The notes under the pieces are model-generated. The model was not told where the DNA came from and made no database searches. It saw only the letters and a list, made by a program, of their open reading frames with translations. Position numbers and translations under genes: made by a program. A stretch of 64,000 bases of DNA from an uncultured Thermoplasmata archaeon (GTDB taxonomy: Archaea; Thermoplasmatota; Thermoplasmata; Lutacidiplasmatales; UBA184), in NCBI GenBank assembly GCA_963719635.1, contig CAVRCS010000004.1, forward strand, positions 557,908-621,907. The letters are read 5' to 3'. Of the stretch, positions 19,057 through 27,697 are shown one piece after another; the stretch's first letter is position 1, and each line of letters opens with the position of its first letter.

Positions 19057-20335
19057 GGCTCGGCCCCGTCGGGCCGCCAGAGGTCCAGGGCGAACCGGCG
19101 GAGCCGATCCCCTCCTCTCCCGGCGGGATCCGGCGGAGCCGTTCGGTCGGCGTGCGGAGCAGGCGCTCGGTCAGCCGACGCGTGAGTCGGTCGATCGCCG
19201 CCTCCTGATCGGGGCCGAGCTGGCCGAGGAAACGGTGCGCGAGGTCGAGTTCGGCCCGGCGCATCGCCTCGACCTCCCGCCGGACGTGCGCGATCCACGG
19301 CTCGAGAGCGGCCGCTTCGACTCGGCTGTACGCTAGGCCCGCCGCTGCGTCGAGCAGCGGCTCGATGGGGTCGTCCCGGGTTCGTCGGCTGGCGGAGCGC
19401 AGGTCCTCCAGGTCGACGAGTCGGACCCGGGAGAGGTCCCGGACCGCCGGGTCGACGTTCCGTGGCATCCCCAGGTCCACGAGCAGAACATCCCGGTCGA
19501 CGGAGAGGTCGGCGGGACCGAGGGTGCGCTCTCCGCTCTTCGTGGCGGTGACGACCGCATCCGATAGGGCGACCTCCGCCGCGAGCTCACCGGTCCGGAC
19601 GGCGCGGGCGCCGGTGGCTCGTAGGAACGCCTCGTCGGGCCCCCGATGCCGGTAGACGATCGTGACCCGGGCCGACGGGGAGAGTAGCTCCGCGACGGCC
19701 CGCCCCACGGCGCCCGCCCCGACCACCAGGACGCGGGGGAACGGCCGGCCGGAGAGCTCGAGAACCTTCGTCGCTGCGACCGCCGCGATGGAGCAGGACG
19801 CCGGCACCGACGGGGCGATCGTGTCCGCCGCAGCCGCCGCGTCCTCGAAGAGCCCGCGCAGCAGGCGCTGGCGGTGCCGGCTCAGGGTCGCACGCCCTGC
19901 GGAACGAACCTGGTGGCGGACCTCCCGCTCGCCGACCACCATCGACTCCCGGCCTGCGGCGACCCGGAAGAGGTGGGCGACCGCATCGCGGCCCGTGCGC
20001 TCGCGCCATGGTTCGCTGCACGCCGCGAGGTCGGCCCTCCACCCGTCGACCGCTTCCGCCCTCCGGGCAACCATCACCAGCTCCCGACGGGAGCACGTCG
20101 CCAGCAGCGCCGCCTCCTCGGTTCCTGCGTGCTGCGCAAAGCGGTCGGCGAACCAGCTCCCGTCCACGCGCCGCGCCAGCGCGTCCAGCGCGTCCAAGGA
20201 CGCGGTGGCGAGGCTGAACTCAAAGCTCGCGAGGATAAGGGCGGCCGGCTCGGATCCGGAAGCTCCGGCGCGCGGCTCCGTCGCCACGCGCCCGGGGCTC
20301 CGCGCCACAGCGCGGGGCAGCGGCACCGCCGGCAT
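19053..20335 (-). CDS. hemA: Glutamyl-tRNA reductase; frame-disrupted near 19110
   Basis: N-terminal 409 aa of ORF 17036..20335. Catalytic-Cys context LATCSRRELV and NADPH fold VLVVGAGAVGRAV. The frame with DRLRRFALDLWRPDGAEP* ends at TGA 19053, overlapping the hemC GTG. The 1283-nt span is not a multiple of 3. Confidence 0.8.
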
Positions 20336-20487
20336 CCTCGGTCGGACCCCGGTCGCGGCTTTACAGGGGGCGTACGAATTGTCCGGACCTCAGGCGGATA
20401 GACCCCGCTCGGGCCGGCCGCCCGCCGGACGACCACGGGGAGGCGGCGCGGCTTGGGTGGGGACGGCCGCACCGCACGCCGGCACTT

Positions 20488-20493
20488 CTTTAA
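20488..20493 (+). promoter_or_regulatory. TATA-like element (CTTTAA) 23 nt upstream of GTG 20517
   Basis: AT patch in a GC-rich intergenic region, at leaderless spacing. Confidence 0.35.
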
Positions 20494-20516
20494 GGTCGGC
20501 CGGCTGAGCGGAAAAC

Positions 20517-20957
20517 GTGGCCGCAGGCTCCTCTCGCTCCCCGCCGGACGTCGCCGCGATGCTGGGCAAGGCTCCGATCTTTTCCGCCCTGAGCGAGCGG
20601 CAGTTGCGGTCGCTGGCGAAGACCGCCAAGGTCGTCGCGTACCCTACGGACACGCGGATCGTCAAGCAGGGCGAACCCGGGATCGGCCTCTACCTGCTGC
20701 TCGACGGCGAGGCGGAGGTCCGGCGGGGCGACCGGATCCTGGCGAAGCTCGGCGCCGGCCAGTTCTTTGGAGAGATGACGCTCTTGGACGAGCAGCCACG
20801 CTCCGCGGACGTCGTCGCGGTAATGCCGTCCGAGTGCGCCGTCCTCTCGCGGTGGGAGTTCTGGGGTTTCGCGAAGGGCGAGCCGGAGGTCCTGCAGGGC
20901 GTCATGCGCGAGATGGCACGCCGGCTGCGCGAGACCAACCGCGCGCTCTCGGAATAG
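20517..20957 (+). CDS. Stand-alone cyclic-nucleotide-binding (CAP/Crp effector) domain protein
   Basis: PIFSALSERQL...GEPGIGLYLLLDGEAEV...GQFFGEMTLLDEQPRSADVVA is a classic cNMP-binding beta-barrel signature. No HTH domain follows. Confidence 0.8.
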   Translation: MAAGSSRSPPDVAAMLGKAPIFSALSERQLRSLAKTAKVVAYPTDTRIVKQGEPGIGLYLLLDGEAEVRRGDRILAKLGAGQFFGEMTLLDEQPRSADVVAVMPSECAVLSRWEFWGFAKGEPEVLQGVMREMARRLRETNRALSE

Positions 20958-21028
20958 GCGCGCTCGCGTCGCCGGGCTCGCCGACGCGCTCGGCTCCTTC
21001 GGAGGCGACACCCTCGCCGGCCCCCCGC

Positions 21029-21046
21029 TATATCGACATCGATATA
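21029..21046. promoter_or_regulatory. Perfect inverted repeat TATATCGA-CA-TCGATATA overlapping the padR TATA region; probable PadR operator
   Basis: Read directly from the sequence: 8-bp arms and a 2-nt spacer. Its last base is the A of the first ATG of ORF 21046, and it lies 26 nt upstream of the more likely ATG at 21073. Confidence 0.5.
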
Positions 21047-21072
21047 TGCTGTCGGCCCGAGCAGGCCGACGC

Positions 21073-21584
21073 ATGCGGCCGCGGCTCGTCGGGCTCTACG
21101 CCCTCGCGACGATGGAGCGCGAGGGTGTGGTCCACGGCTACCTGCTCTCCCAACGGATCTCTGAGAGGACCGATGGAGCGTGGCGCCCGGGTCCGGGCGC
21201 GGTCTATCCGTCGCTCTCCGCCCTGGTAGAACGGGGGTGGGCGCGTCGCCGGGCGCCGGCCGCCGCCGGGAGTACCGTATCACCCCGGCGGGCCGCGCGG
21301 CGCTCCGGGGGATCCGTCGCGGGGCGGGCCGGGCCCCACGGGGCGGTCCAGACCTGAGCACACTCTGGTCCGAGGTCCTCGGGGAGGCGGACGTCGGCAA
21401 GTTCCTGCTGCGCCGGCTGGACCGGAGCCTCGAGGGGGTCGCCCGCTACGTCGGCCACGCTCCCCCGAGGGGCGACGCGGCGGCCGTCCGACGCCTGGCG
21501 ATAGTCGCCCTGACCCGGGCCCGCGCGCGGCTCTCCCCGAGGCGACCGCCGCGCCGGCTGCGGACCCCACACGGTCGTCGATGA
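21073..21584 (+). CDS. PadR-family transcriptional regulator; frame-disrupted near 21242
   Basis: VHGYLLSQRI...GAVYPSLSALVERGW in the frame of ORF 21046, continued as GRRREYRITPAGRAAL in the frame of ORF 21180..21584. The stop overlaps the ABC ATPase start (ATGA). Confidence 0.7.
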
Positions 21585-22608
21585 GCGCCGCGGCAGTTCC
21601 CCCTCGGGCCTTGGAGACTCCCTTCGCCGCGATCGAAGTCCGCGAGCTGTCGAAGCAGTACGGCTCGGCGTCCAAGGGGGTGCTGGCGCTCGACCGTGTC
21701 TCCCTCTCGATCCCGACCGGGACGGTGTTCGGGCTGCTCGGCCCGAACGGCGCCGGGAAGACGACGCTGATCAAGGTCCTCACCGGGATCAGCGACATCA
21801 CCTCGGGGGACGCGCGCGTCGCCGGGTTTGACGTCCGCCGGCAGTCGCTCCGCGTCCGCGCCCGCATCGGCTGGGTGGCGGCCGAGGTGATCCTGGACGA
21901 CGACTTCTCGGCATGGGAGAACCTGTGGCTGCAGGCGAAGCTGCAGGATCTGCCCGGCTGGCAGCCGCGCGCGCTGGAGCTGCTCCGCTACTTCTCCCTC
22001 GAGGACCGGAAGGACGACAAGGTCGGCCAGTTCTCGACTGGGATGCGCAAGAAGCTCGAGATCGCCCTCGCGCTGCTGCACCAGCCGTCGGTGATCTTCA
22101 TGGACGAGCCGACGATCGGGCTGGACGTCTCGACGCGGCGGATGCTCTGGGAGTTCATCACGGGCGTCCACACCGAGTTCGGCGTCACGATCCTGTTGAC
22201 GACGCACTATATCGAGGAGGCCGACGCGCTGTGCGAGCGGATCGGCATCATCGACAAAGGGCGGATCATCGCGGAGGGGACCCCGAACGAGCTGAAGGCG
22301 CGGGTGCGCGCCGACTTTGTCGTCCTCGAGACACGGGACGGGTTCGACCCGAACCTCCTGCAGGCGCTCCCCGGGGTCCAGGAGGTCCGACCGCACGGTT
22401 CGGAGTGGATCATCCGGGTCGGCTCCGCCGAGGAGTTCCTTCCCCATCTCCTCCGCGCGGTCCCGGCGGAGGCGGTGCGGCGGATCAGCGTGGAGAAGCC
22501 GAGCCTGGAGACGATCTTCCTCGAGCTGACCGGCGGCGGATCGGACAGGAGGAGCCGATGCGGGACGTGCGGCGGTTCTACATGCAGATGCGGCGTGCGC
22601 GCTCGTGA
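21581..22608 (+). CDS. ABC transporter ATP-binding protein (ABC-2/DrrA-like); frame-disrupted near 22530
   Basis: Walker A GPNGAGKTT, signature FSTGMRKKL and Walker B VIFMDEPTIGLD. The track ORF runs on to 23485 out of frame. The alternate frame ends ...RRIGQEEPMRDVRRFYMQMRRARS* at 22608, in a GTGA overlap with the permease start. Confidence 0.85.
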
Positions 22609-23369
22609 GGAGCCAGCTCGTCGGGCTGTACGCCCGGGAACTCCTGCGGACGTTCCGCAACCCGTTCGTCCTCCTCTTCACGGTCGTCCAGCCGTTCATG
22701 TGGCTCGCCTTCTTCGGCTCCGGGTTCGCGAAGTACGCCAGCGACCTCGCCTCGGTCTACGGTACGAACAACTACATCGAGTTCCTGCTCCCCGGCGTGC
22801 TGTCGACCTCGATGCTCTCGATCGGGATGTTCGGGTCGATGAGCGCGATCCAGGACAAGCGGTTCGGTTTCATGAAGCGCATCCTGATCACGCCGACCTC
22901 CAAGCCGGTGATCTTCCTCTCCAAGGCGCTCGGCTCGGCGTCGCGCGGGATGATCCAGATCCCGGTGATGGTCGCCGCCGCGTTCGCGTTCGGCGTCTCG
23001 TTCCACCTCTCCGCGTTCGACTGGCTGCTGTGGGTCGCCGGCCTCCTGTGCGTCGCCCTCGGCTTCTCCAGCCTGTTCCTGTCGATCACGGCGTCGTCGA
23101 CCGACTGGCAGACCCCCGGCGTCGTCTCCAACTTCATCACCATGCCGCTGATGTTCTCGAGCGCCGCCCTGTACCCGTCCAGCGGCTTCCCCCCCTGGAT
23201 GCAGACGATCTCCCGGGGCAACCCGATCAGCTACTCCGCGATCCTCGGCAGGGACCTCCTCCTCTCCAACCACGTCGACACGTTCGCCCTGGGGTACCTG
23301 GCGCTGTTCGCGGTCGTGATGCTCGTCATCGGCTACGCGGTGTCGGCCCGGTACCTCCGGGTCGAGTAG
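22605..23369 (+). CDS. ABC-2 type transporter permease
   Basis: 254 aa with six predicted TM helices. Typical ABC-2 N-terminus LYARELLRTFRNPF. Confidence 0.8.
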   Translation: MRSQLVGLYARELLRTFRNPFVLLFTVVQPFMWLAFFGSGFAKYASDLASVYGTNNYIEFLLPGVLSTSMLSIGMFGSMSAIQDKRFGFMKRILITPTSKPVIFLSKALGSASRGMIQIPVMVAAAFAFGVSFHLSAFDWLLWVAGLLCVALGFSSLFLSITASSTDWQTPGVVSNFITMPLMFSSAALYPSSGFPPWMQTISRGNPISYSAILGRDLLLSNHVDTFALGYLALFAVVMLVIGYAVSARYLRVE

Positions 23370-23415
23370 CGGCCCGGGCCAGACGGGCTTTTCTCGGCGC
23401 CCGGCTAGCTCGGCC

Positions 23416-24270
23416 GTGGACCTCCTCGACCTCGTGCTCCTCCTGGTCGTCACCGGGGTCCTCGCCGGGCTCGTTGGCTCGCTGACGGGCCTCGGCGGCG
23501 CCGTCGTCGCCATCCCGATCCTCGTGGTCGCGTTCTCCGTCCCGTTCCCGCAGGCGGCGGGCGCGGGCCTCCTCACCATCCTCGCGACCTCCTCGACGAC
23601 CGGGGCCGCGTACGTCCGCGAGGGACTGAGCGACCTGCGGATCGGCATGTTCCTGGAGATCGCGACCGTGCCGGGGGCGCTGCTCGGAGCGACGGTCACG
23701 GTCGTCCTGGTACACGCCCGGCTGGACTCGGCGCTCCTGCTCGCGCTCGGCGCGGTCCTCCTGGCGCTCGTCCCCGGCGTGATCGTCCGTGGCCGGGCGG
23801 GGCCGTTCGTCCCGGCCGAGCCGGACGGAGTCTCCCGGACCCTCGGGCTGCGGGGCTCGTACCACGACGAGGCGCGGAAGGAAGAGGTGCCGTACGCGGC
23901 CGCCCGGACCCGGCCCGCGCTGGGGGTCGCCTTCGCCGCGGGGATCGTCGCCGGGATGTTCGGCATCGGCGGCGGGGTGTTCAAGGTCCTCGCCCTCGAG
24001 CGGTACCTCCGGCTTCCGATGAAGGTCGCCGCGGCGACCAGCAACTTCATGATCGGCGTGACCGGAGCCGCGGGCGCCGGGGTCCTGCTCGTCGCAGGCT
24101 ACGTGAACCCCATCATCGGCGGCCCCCTCGCGCTCGGGACCGCCGTCGGGGCGATGGTCGGCAGCCACATCCTGCCGACGCTCCGGAACCGGACCGTGCG
24201 CTGGCTGTTCGTTCCGATCGTCGTGGTCCTCGCGGTCGAAGTGATCCTTCGGGGGCTCGGGCTCCCATGA
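23416..24270 (+). CDS. TauE/SafE (TSUP, DUF81) family anion exporter
   Basis: Two internal repeats, each with a GxGGG-type motif (LTGLGGAVV, MFGIGGGVF). About 8 TM helices. Confidence 0.8.
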   Translation: MDLLDLVLLLVVTGVLAGLVGSLTGLGGAVVAIPILVVAFSVPFPQAAGAGLLTILATSSTTGAAYVREGLSDLRIGMFLEIATVPGALLGATVTVVLVHARLDSALLLALGAVLLALVPGVIVRGRAGPFVPAEPDGVSRTLGLRGSYHDEARKEEVPYAAARTRPALGVAFAAGIVAGMFGIGGGVFKVLALERYLRLPMKVAAATSNFMIGVTGAAGAGVLLVAGYVNPIIGGPLALGTAVGAMVGSHILPTLRNRTVRWLFVPIVVVLAVEVILRGLGLP

Positions 24271-24690
24271 CCGGCGACCCGCGGACCCCGGCTGCCCAGA
24301 CGCCCCCCGGAGATCTGTCGGACGAGACCCACTACCGGATGGCGAACGTCCTCCGCGTCGGCTTGCTCGCCTCCCTCGGTCCTGCTCACCGTCGGCCTCG
24401 TCGCTCTGGTCGCCCGGGCGCCGGGGTCGGGAGCCTCCGGGTGGGTCACGCAGGATCCGATCGGCCGCTACCTCGACCTACCGGCCCTCGCCGCCGGCCT
24501 CGCGAACGGCGTCCCGGCCGCGTACCTGACGCTCGGGGTGTTCGTGCTCGTCGCGACCCCGGTCGTCCGGGTCATCACCGGCACTGCTGCGTTCCTGCAC
24601 CACGGCGAGCGGCGGATGGCGGCGCTGACCGCCGTCGTCCTCGCGCTGCTGGTCTTGGGGCTGTTCGTGATCGGCCCGCTCGTGCGCTGA
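24267..24690 (+). CDS. DUF1634-like small membrane protein; frame-disrupted near 24380
   Basis: ATGA overlap with the TauE gene. After ANVLRVGLLASL the hydrophobic sequence continues in another frame (LLTVGLVALVA...LTLGVFVLVATPVVRVITG...VVLALLVLGLFVIGPLVR*). The family name comes from the typical TauE neighbourhood and from memory. Confidence 0.55.
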
Positions 24691-24706
24691 CGGCGCCGGG
24701 ACGCCG

Positions 24707-26096
24707 CTACGAAGCGGGCGACGCAGGCCCCACCACCGCGAGGACGTCCTTCACGGCCCGGATCCCCCGGTCGGCGAGGGCGCGGGCGTCCCCCGCGGTC
24801 TTCCCCTCCGCCGAGACGCGGAAGATCGCCTCCGTCCCGGACGGCCGCAGCAACAGCCAGCCGCGGTCGGTGTACAGTTTCACGCCGTCGAGCGTCTCGA
24901 GCCGCTCCCCCTCGCGGGTGAACCGCGCGGCCAGCTGGGTGAGGACCGCAGCCCGCTGCGCAACGGGGCAGGCGACCGTCTCTTTCACCAGAGGGTACGC
25001 CGGGACGTCCCGGAGGAGCTCCGCCAAGGTCGTCTCCGTGCGGGCCAGCAGGTCCAACGTCGCCGCGAGGCTCATCGCCCCATCGCGCGCGAGCTGGAAC
25101 GCCGGGAAGACGATGCCCCCGTTGTCCTCCCCGCCGAGGACCGCGCCGTGCTCCCGCATCGCCCGGACGATCGACGGCGAGCCGACCTTGGTGTAGACGA
25201 CCCGGCCCCCCGCCGGGGCGATCGCGTCCTCGACGGCCCGGGAGGTGGAGACCGGGACGACCACCATCCCGCCGTGCGCGCGTTCGACCGCGTCGCGAGC
25301 GAGCGCGGCGAGCATCGTTTCACCCGGGACGAACGAACCGTCTGCCCTGACGAAGACGGCGCGGTCCGCGTCGCCGTCGTGGGCGACGCCCAGCTCCGCG
25401 CCGACGGCCGGCACGAGCCGCCGCAGGTCGGCGACGTTCTGCTCCGTCGGCTCCGACCGGTGTCCTGGGAACGTGCCGTCGATATGGCCGTTGAGGGTGA
25501 CGGTCCGGCATCCGAGACGGTGGAGCAGCCGCGGGCTCGTCGGGACGGAGGCGCCGTTCCCGCAGTCGAGGGCGAGGTGGAACCGGCGGGCGGCGATCCG
25601 CGGGCGGTCCACGCGTTCGAGGATCCCTCGGAGGTACCGCTCGGCGCCGAGGGCGTCGTGGTCGATTTCCGCGACCTGGGAGTACGGGACCGGCGCCGCG
25701 GCGGCCGCGTCGTACGCCCCCTCGATCTTCGCCTCGACCTCGGGCGGTGCCTCGAGACCGTCCGCGGCGATGCACTTGAAGCCGTTGAACTCGGGCGGAT
25801 TGTGCGAGGCGGTGACGATGACGGCGAACCCGGCGCCGACGCGCGGGACGCTGTACCTGGATCGCGGGGGTCGGCAGCAGCCCCAGCTCCAGGACGCGGT
25901 GCCCGCTCATCGCCAGGGTCGACCCGACGATCCGGGCGAGCGCGACGCTCGAGGTCCGGCCGTCCCACCCGACGGCGACCGGCCGGTCCCGGGGCGCCAC
26001 CGTGGCGATCGCGTTGGCGATCCGCGTCGCGAACACGGGGGTGAGCGTCTCACCGACGACCTCCCGGATGCCGTTCGTGCCGAACAGTCCGGTCAC
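24707..26096 (-). CDS. Archaeal phosphohexomutase (phosphoglucosamine/phosphomannomutase family); frame-disrupted near 25858
   Basis: N-terminal GLFGTNGIRE in ORF 25320..26096. The phosphoserine loop TASHNPPEFNGFK, metal loop AHDGDADR and GGEDNGG lie in the frame of ORF 24707..25612. Confidence 0.85.
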
Positions 26097-26216
26097 GGGA
26101 ACCGCGCGCTCACAGGAACCGTGCTATAAGAGCGGGGAGCGCGCCGAGGAGAGCGGTCGTCCGGTCTCCCCCGGCTGCGACCCCAACGGTTTTGCCGGAC
26201 GCCCCGCTCTCCGGGC

Positions 26217-26693
26217 GTGGACCCTCCTCCGTGGCTCGTGGACGAGATGCTCGGCCGGCTTGCCCGCTACCTCCGGTTCGTGGGCTGCGACACGGCGTAC
26301 GCGCGTGGCCTCGGCGACGACGAGGTCCTCGGGTGGGCGGAGCGGGAGGGCCGGGTGCTGCTCACCCGGGACCGTCTGCTGAGCCAGCGTGCCAAGGGGG
26401 CTCTCCGACTCTTCAGTCCGTCGATCGCCGAGCAGTGGCGCGAGCTCCGCACGGCGTGGCCGTCCGTCCCGACCGAGCCTCGCTTCGAGCGGTGCACCCT
26501 CTGTAACGGCTCGCTCCGACCCGCTGACGTCGGCGGCGCCGCGCCGTCCGACCCTGGGGTTCCGGCCGGGGTGCTCGCGCGCGGGGTCGCCATCTACCGA
26601 TGTGTCGCCTGCCGGCACGCCTACTGGGACGGCTCGCACACCGCGCGGATCCGCGCGCAGCTCGCGCTCTGGGAGCGCGGGAGCCCTGTGTGA
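26217..26693 (+). CDS. Mut7-C RNase-like (DUF82) PIN-fold protein with C-terminal zinc ribbon
   Basis: LVDEMLGRLARYLRFVGCDTAY...LLTRD, followed by C-x2-C ... C-x2-C (CTLCNG...CVACRH). Confidence 0.7.
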   Translation: MDPPPWLVDEMLGRLARYLRFVGCDTAYARGLGDDEVLGWAEREGRVLLTRDRLLSQRAKGALRLFSPSIAEQWRELRTAWPSVPTEPRFERCTLCNGSLRPADVGGAAPSDPGVPAGVLARGVAIYRCVACRHAYWDGSHTARIRAQLALWERGSPV

Positions 26694-27697
26694 CCGACGG
26701 CTACGTGGAGCTCTCGGGCGAATCCCGAGCGCTCGCGCTGGCGGAGCTGGAGGGGGCGGTGGGGGCCCTCGGGGGGTCCGTCGCCCCGGGGCAGTCGGAC
26801 CCCCCCGGCGCCACGATTCGGGTCATCGTCCCGGCGGAGTCTGACCTCGCGCGGCTCGCCGGCCGCCTCGCTCTCGCGCGCCGGACCCTCGTGGCGGTCG
26901 AGCCGGATCGCTCGCTGGCGGCTGCGGCGGCGCGAGAAGGGGCGTCCGGCGCGTCAGCGGCGTTCCGTCGGCTCGGCACCCGCGGAGGGACGGCGGATGC
27001 GACGGTCCGCGCCCTCGGGAAGGCGTACGTCGACGGCGGCGGCAGGATCGACCTGGGCCATCCCGCGCGACGGTACTGGCTGGATGGTCTCGCCGGGGGC
27101 GCTGCGGAACTCCTGCGCGAGGTCTCAGCGGTGGACCGGGCGTCGGTGGCGGCGCGCGCGATGCCCCGGCTGCCGTTTCGCCGCCCGGTGTCGTTGCCGC
27201 CGCGGTTCGCGCGGGCGGCGGTGAATCTCGCCTCGGTCCGGCCCGGGGACGCCGTGTTGGACCCGTTCCTCGGCACCGGCGCCCTCCTCGCGGAGGCCGC
27301 GCTCGTCGGCGCGCGCGTCTACGGGATCGACGCGGAGCCTTCGATGGTGCGCGGCGCACTCAGGAACTTCCAGCACCTGGGCGTCTCGGCGGAAGCGCTT
27401 GTCGAAGGGGACGCGCGGTCGGTCGAACTCTCCGGAGGACCGGAGTGGTTTGACGCAATCGTGACCGACCCGCCGTACGGCCGGTCCTCCGCCACTTTCG
27501 GGGAGCGCCCGGACGACCTCGTACGGGAGACCCTGGCGCGGTGGGGGGCGCGGGTCCGTCCGGGGGGTCGGGTGGTGGTCGTGAGTCCGGGGGCGCCGCC
27601 GCCGCTCCCCCCGCCGTGGGAGGAGGTCGCCCGAGCGGCGGTACGAGCGCACCGCAGCCTGACGCGGGAGTTCCGGGCGTACCGGCGCGCCCGCTGA
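26690..27697 (+). CDS. THUMP-domain tRNA (guanine-N2) methyltransferase, Trm11/TrmG10-like
   Basis: GTG 26690 lies in a GTGA overlap with the upstream stop. Methyltransferase motif I is DPFLGTGALLAEAA and motif IV is VTDPPYG. Confidence 0.75.
   Translation: MTDGYVELSGESRALALAELEGAVGALGGSVAPGQSDPPGATIRVIVPAESDLARLAGRLALARRTLVAVEPDRSLAAAAAREGASGASAAFRRLGTRGGTADATVRALGKAYVDGGGRIDLGHPARRYWLDGLAGGAAELLREVSAVDRASVAARAMPRLPFRRPVSLPPRFARAAVNLASVRPGDAVLDPFLGTGALLAEAALVGARVYGIDAEPSMVRGALRNFQHLGVSAEALVEGDARSVELSGGPEWFDAIVTDPPYGRSSATFGERPDDLVRETLARWGARVRPGGRVVVVSPGAPPPLPPPWEEVARAAVRAHRSLTREFRAYRRAR

Noticed and set aside
19100-19115. Programmed ribosomal frameshifting at hemA and the other frame-disrupted genes
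   Set aside because: No shared slippery heptamer or downstream structure is present. The sites are heterogeneous short G/C runs spread over unrelated genes. Indel error or decay is more parsimonious.
17036-20335. 1099-aa ORF
   Set aside because: Only the first ~409 aa are HemA. The remainder is an out-of-frame read-through across hemC, hemD and hemB with Arg/Pro/Gly composition.
21581-23485. 634-aa ORF suggesting an ABC ATPase-permease fusion
   Set aside because: After ...FLELTG the translation is junk. The permease is encoded in a different frame (22605..23369).
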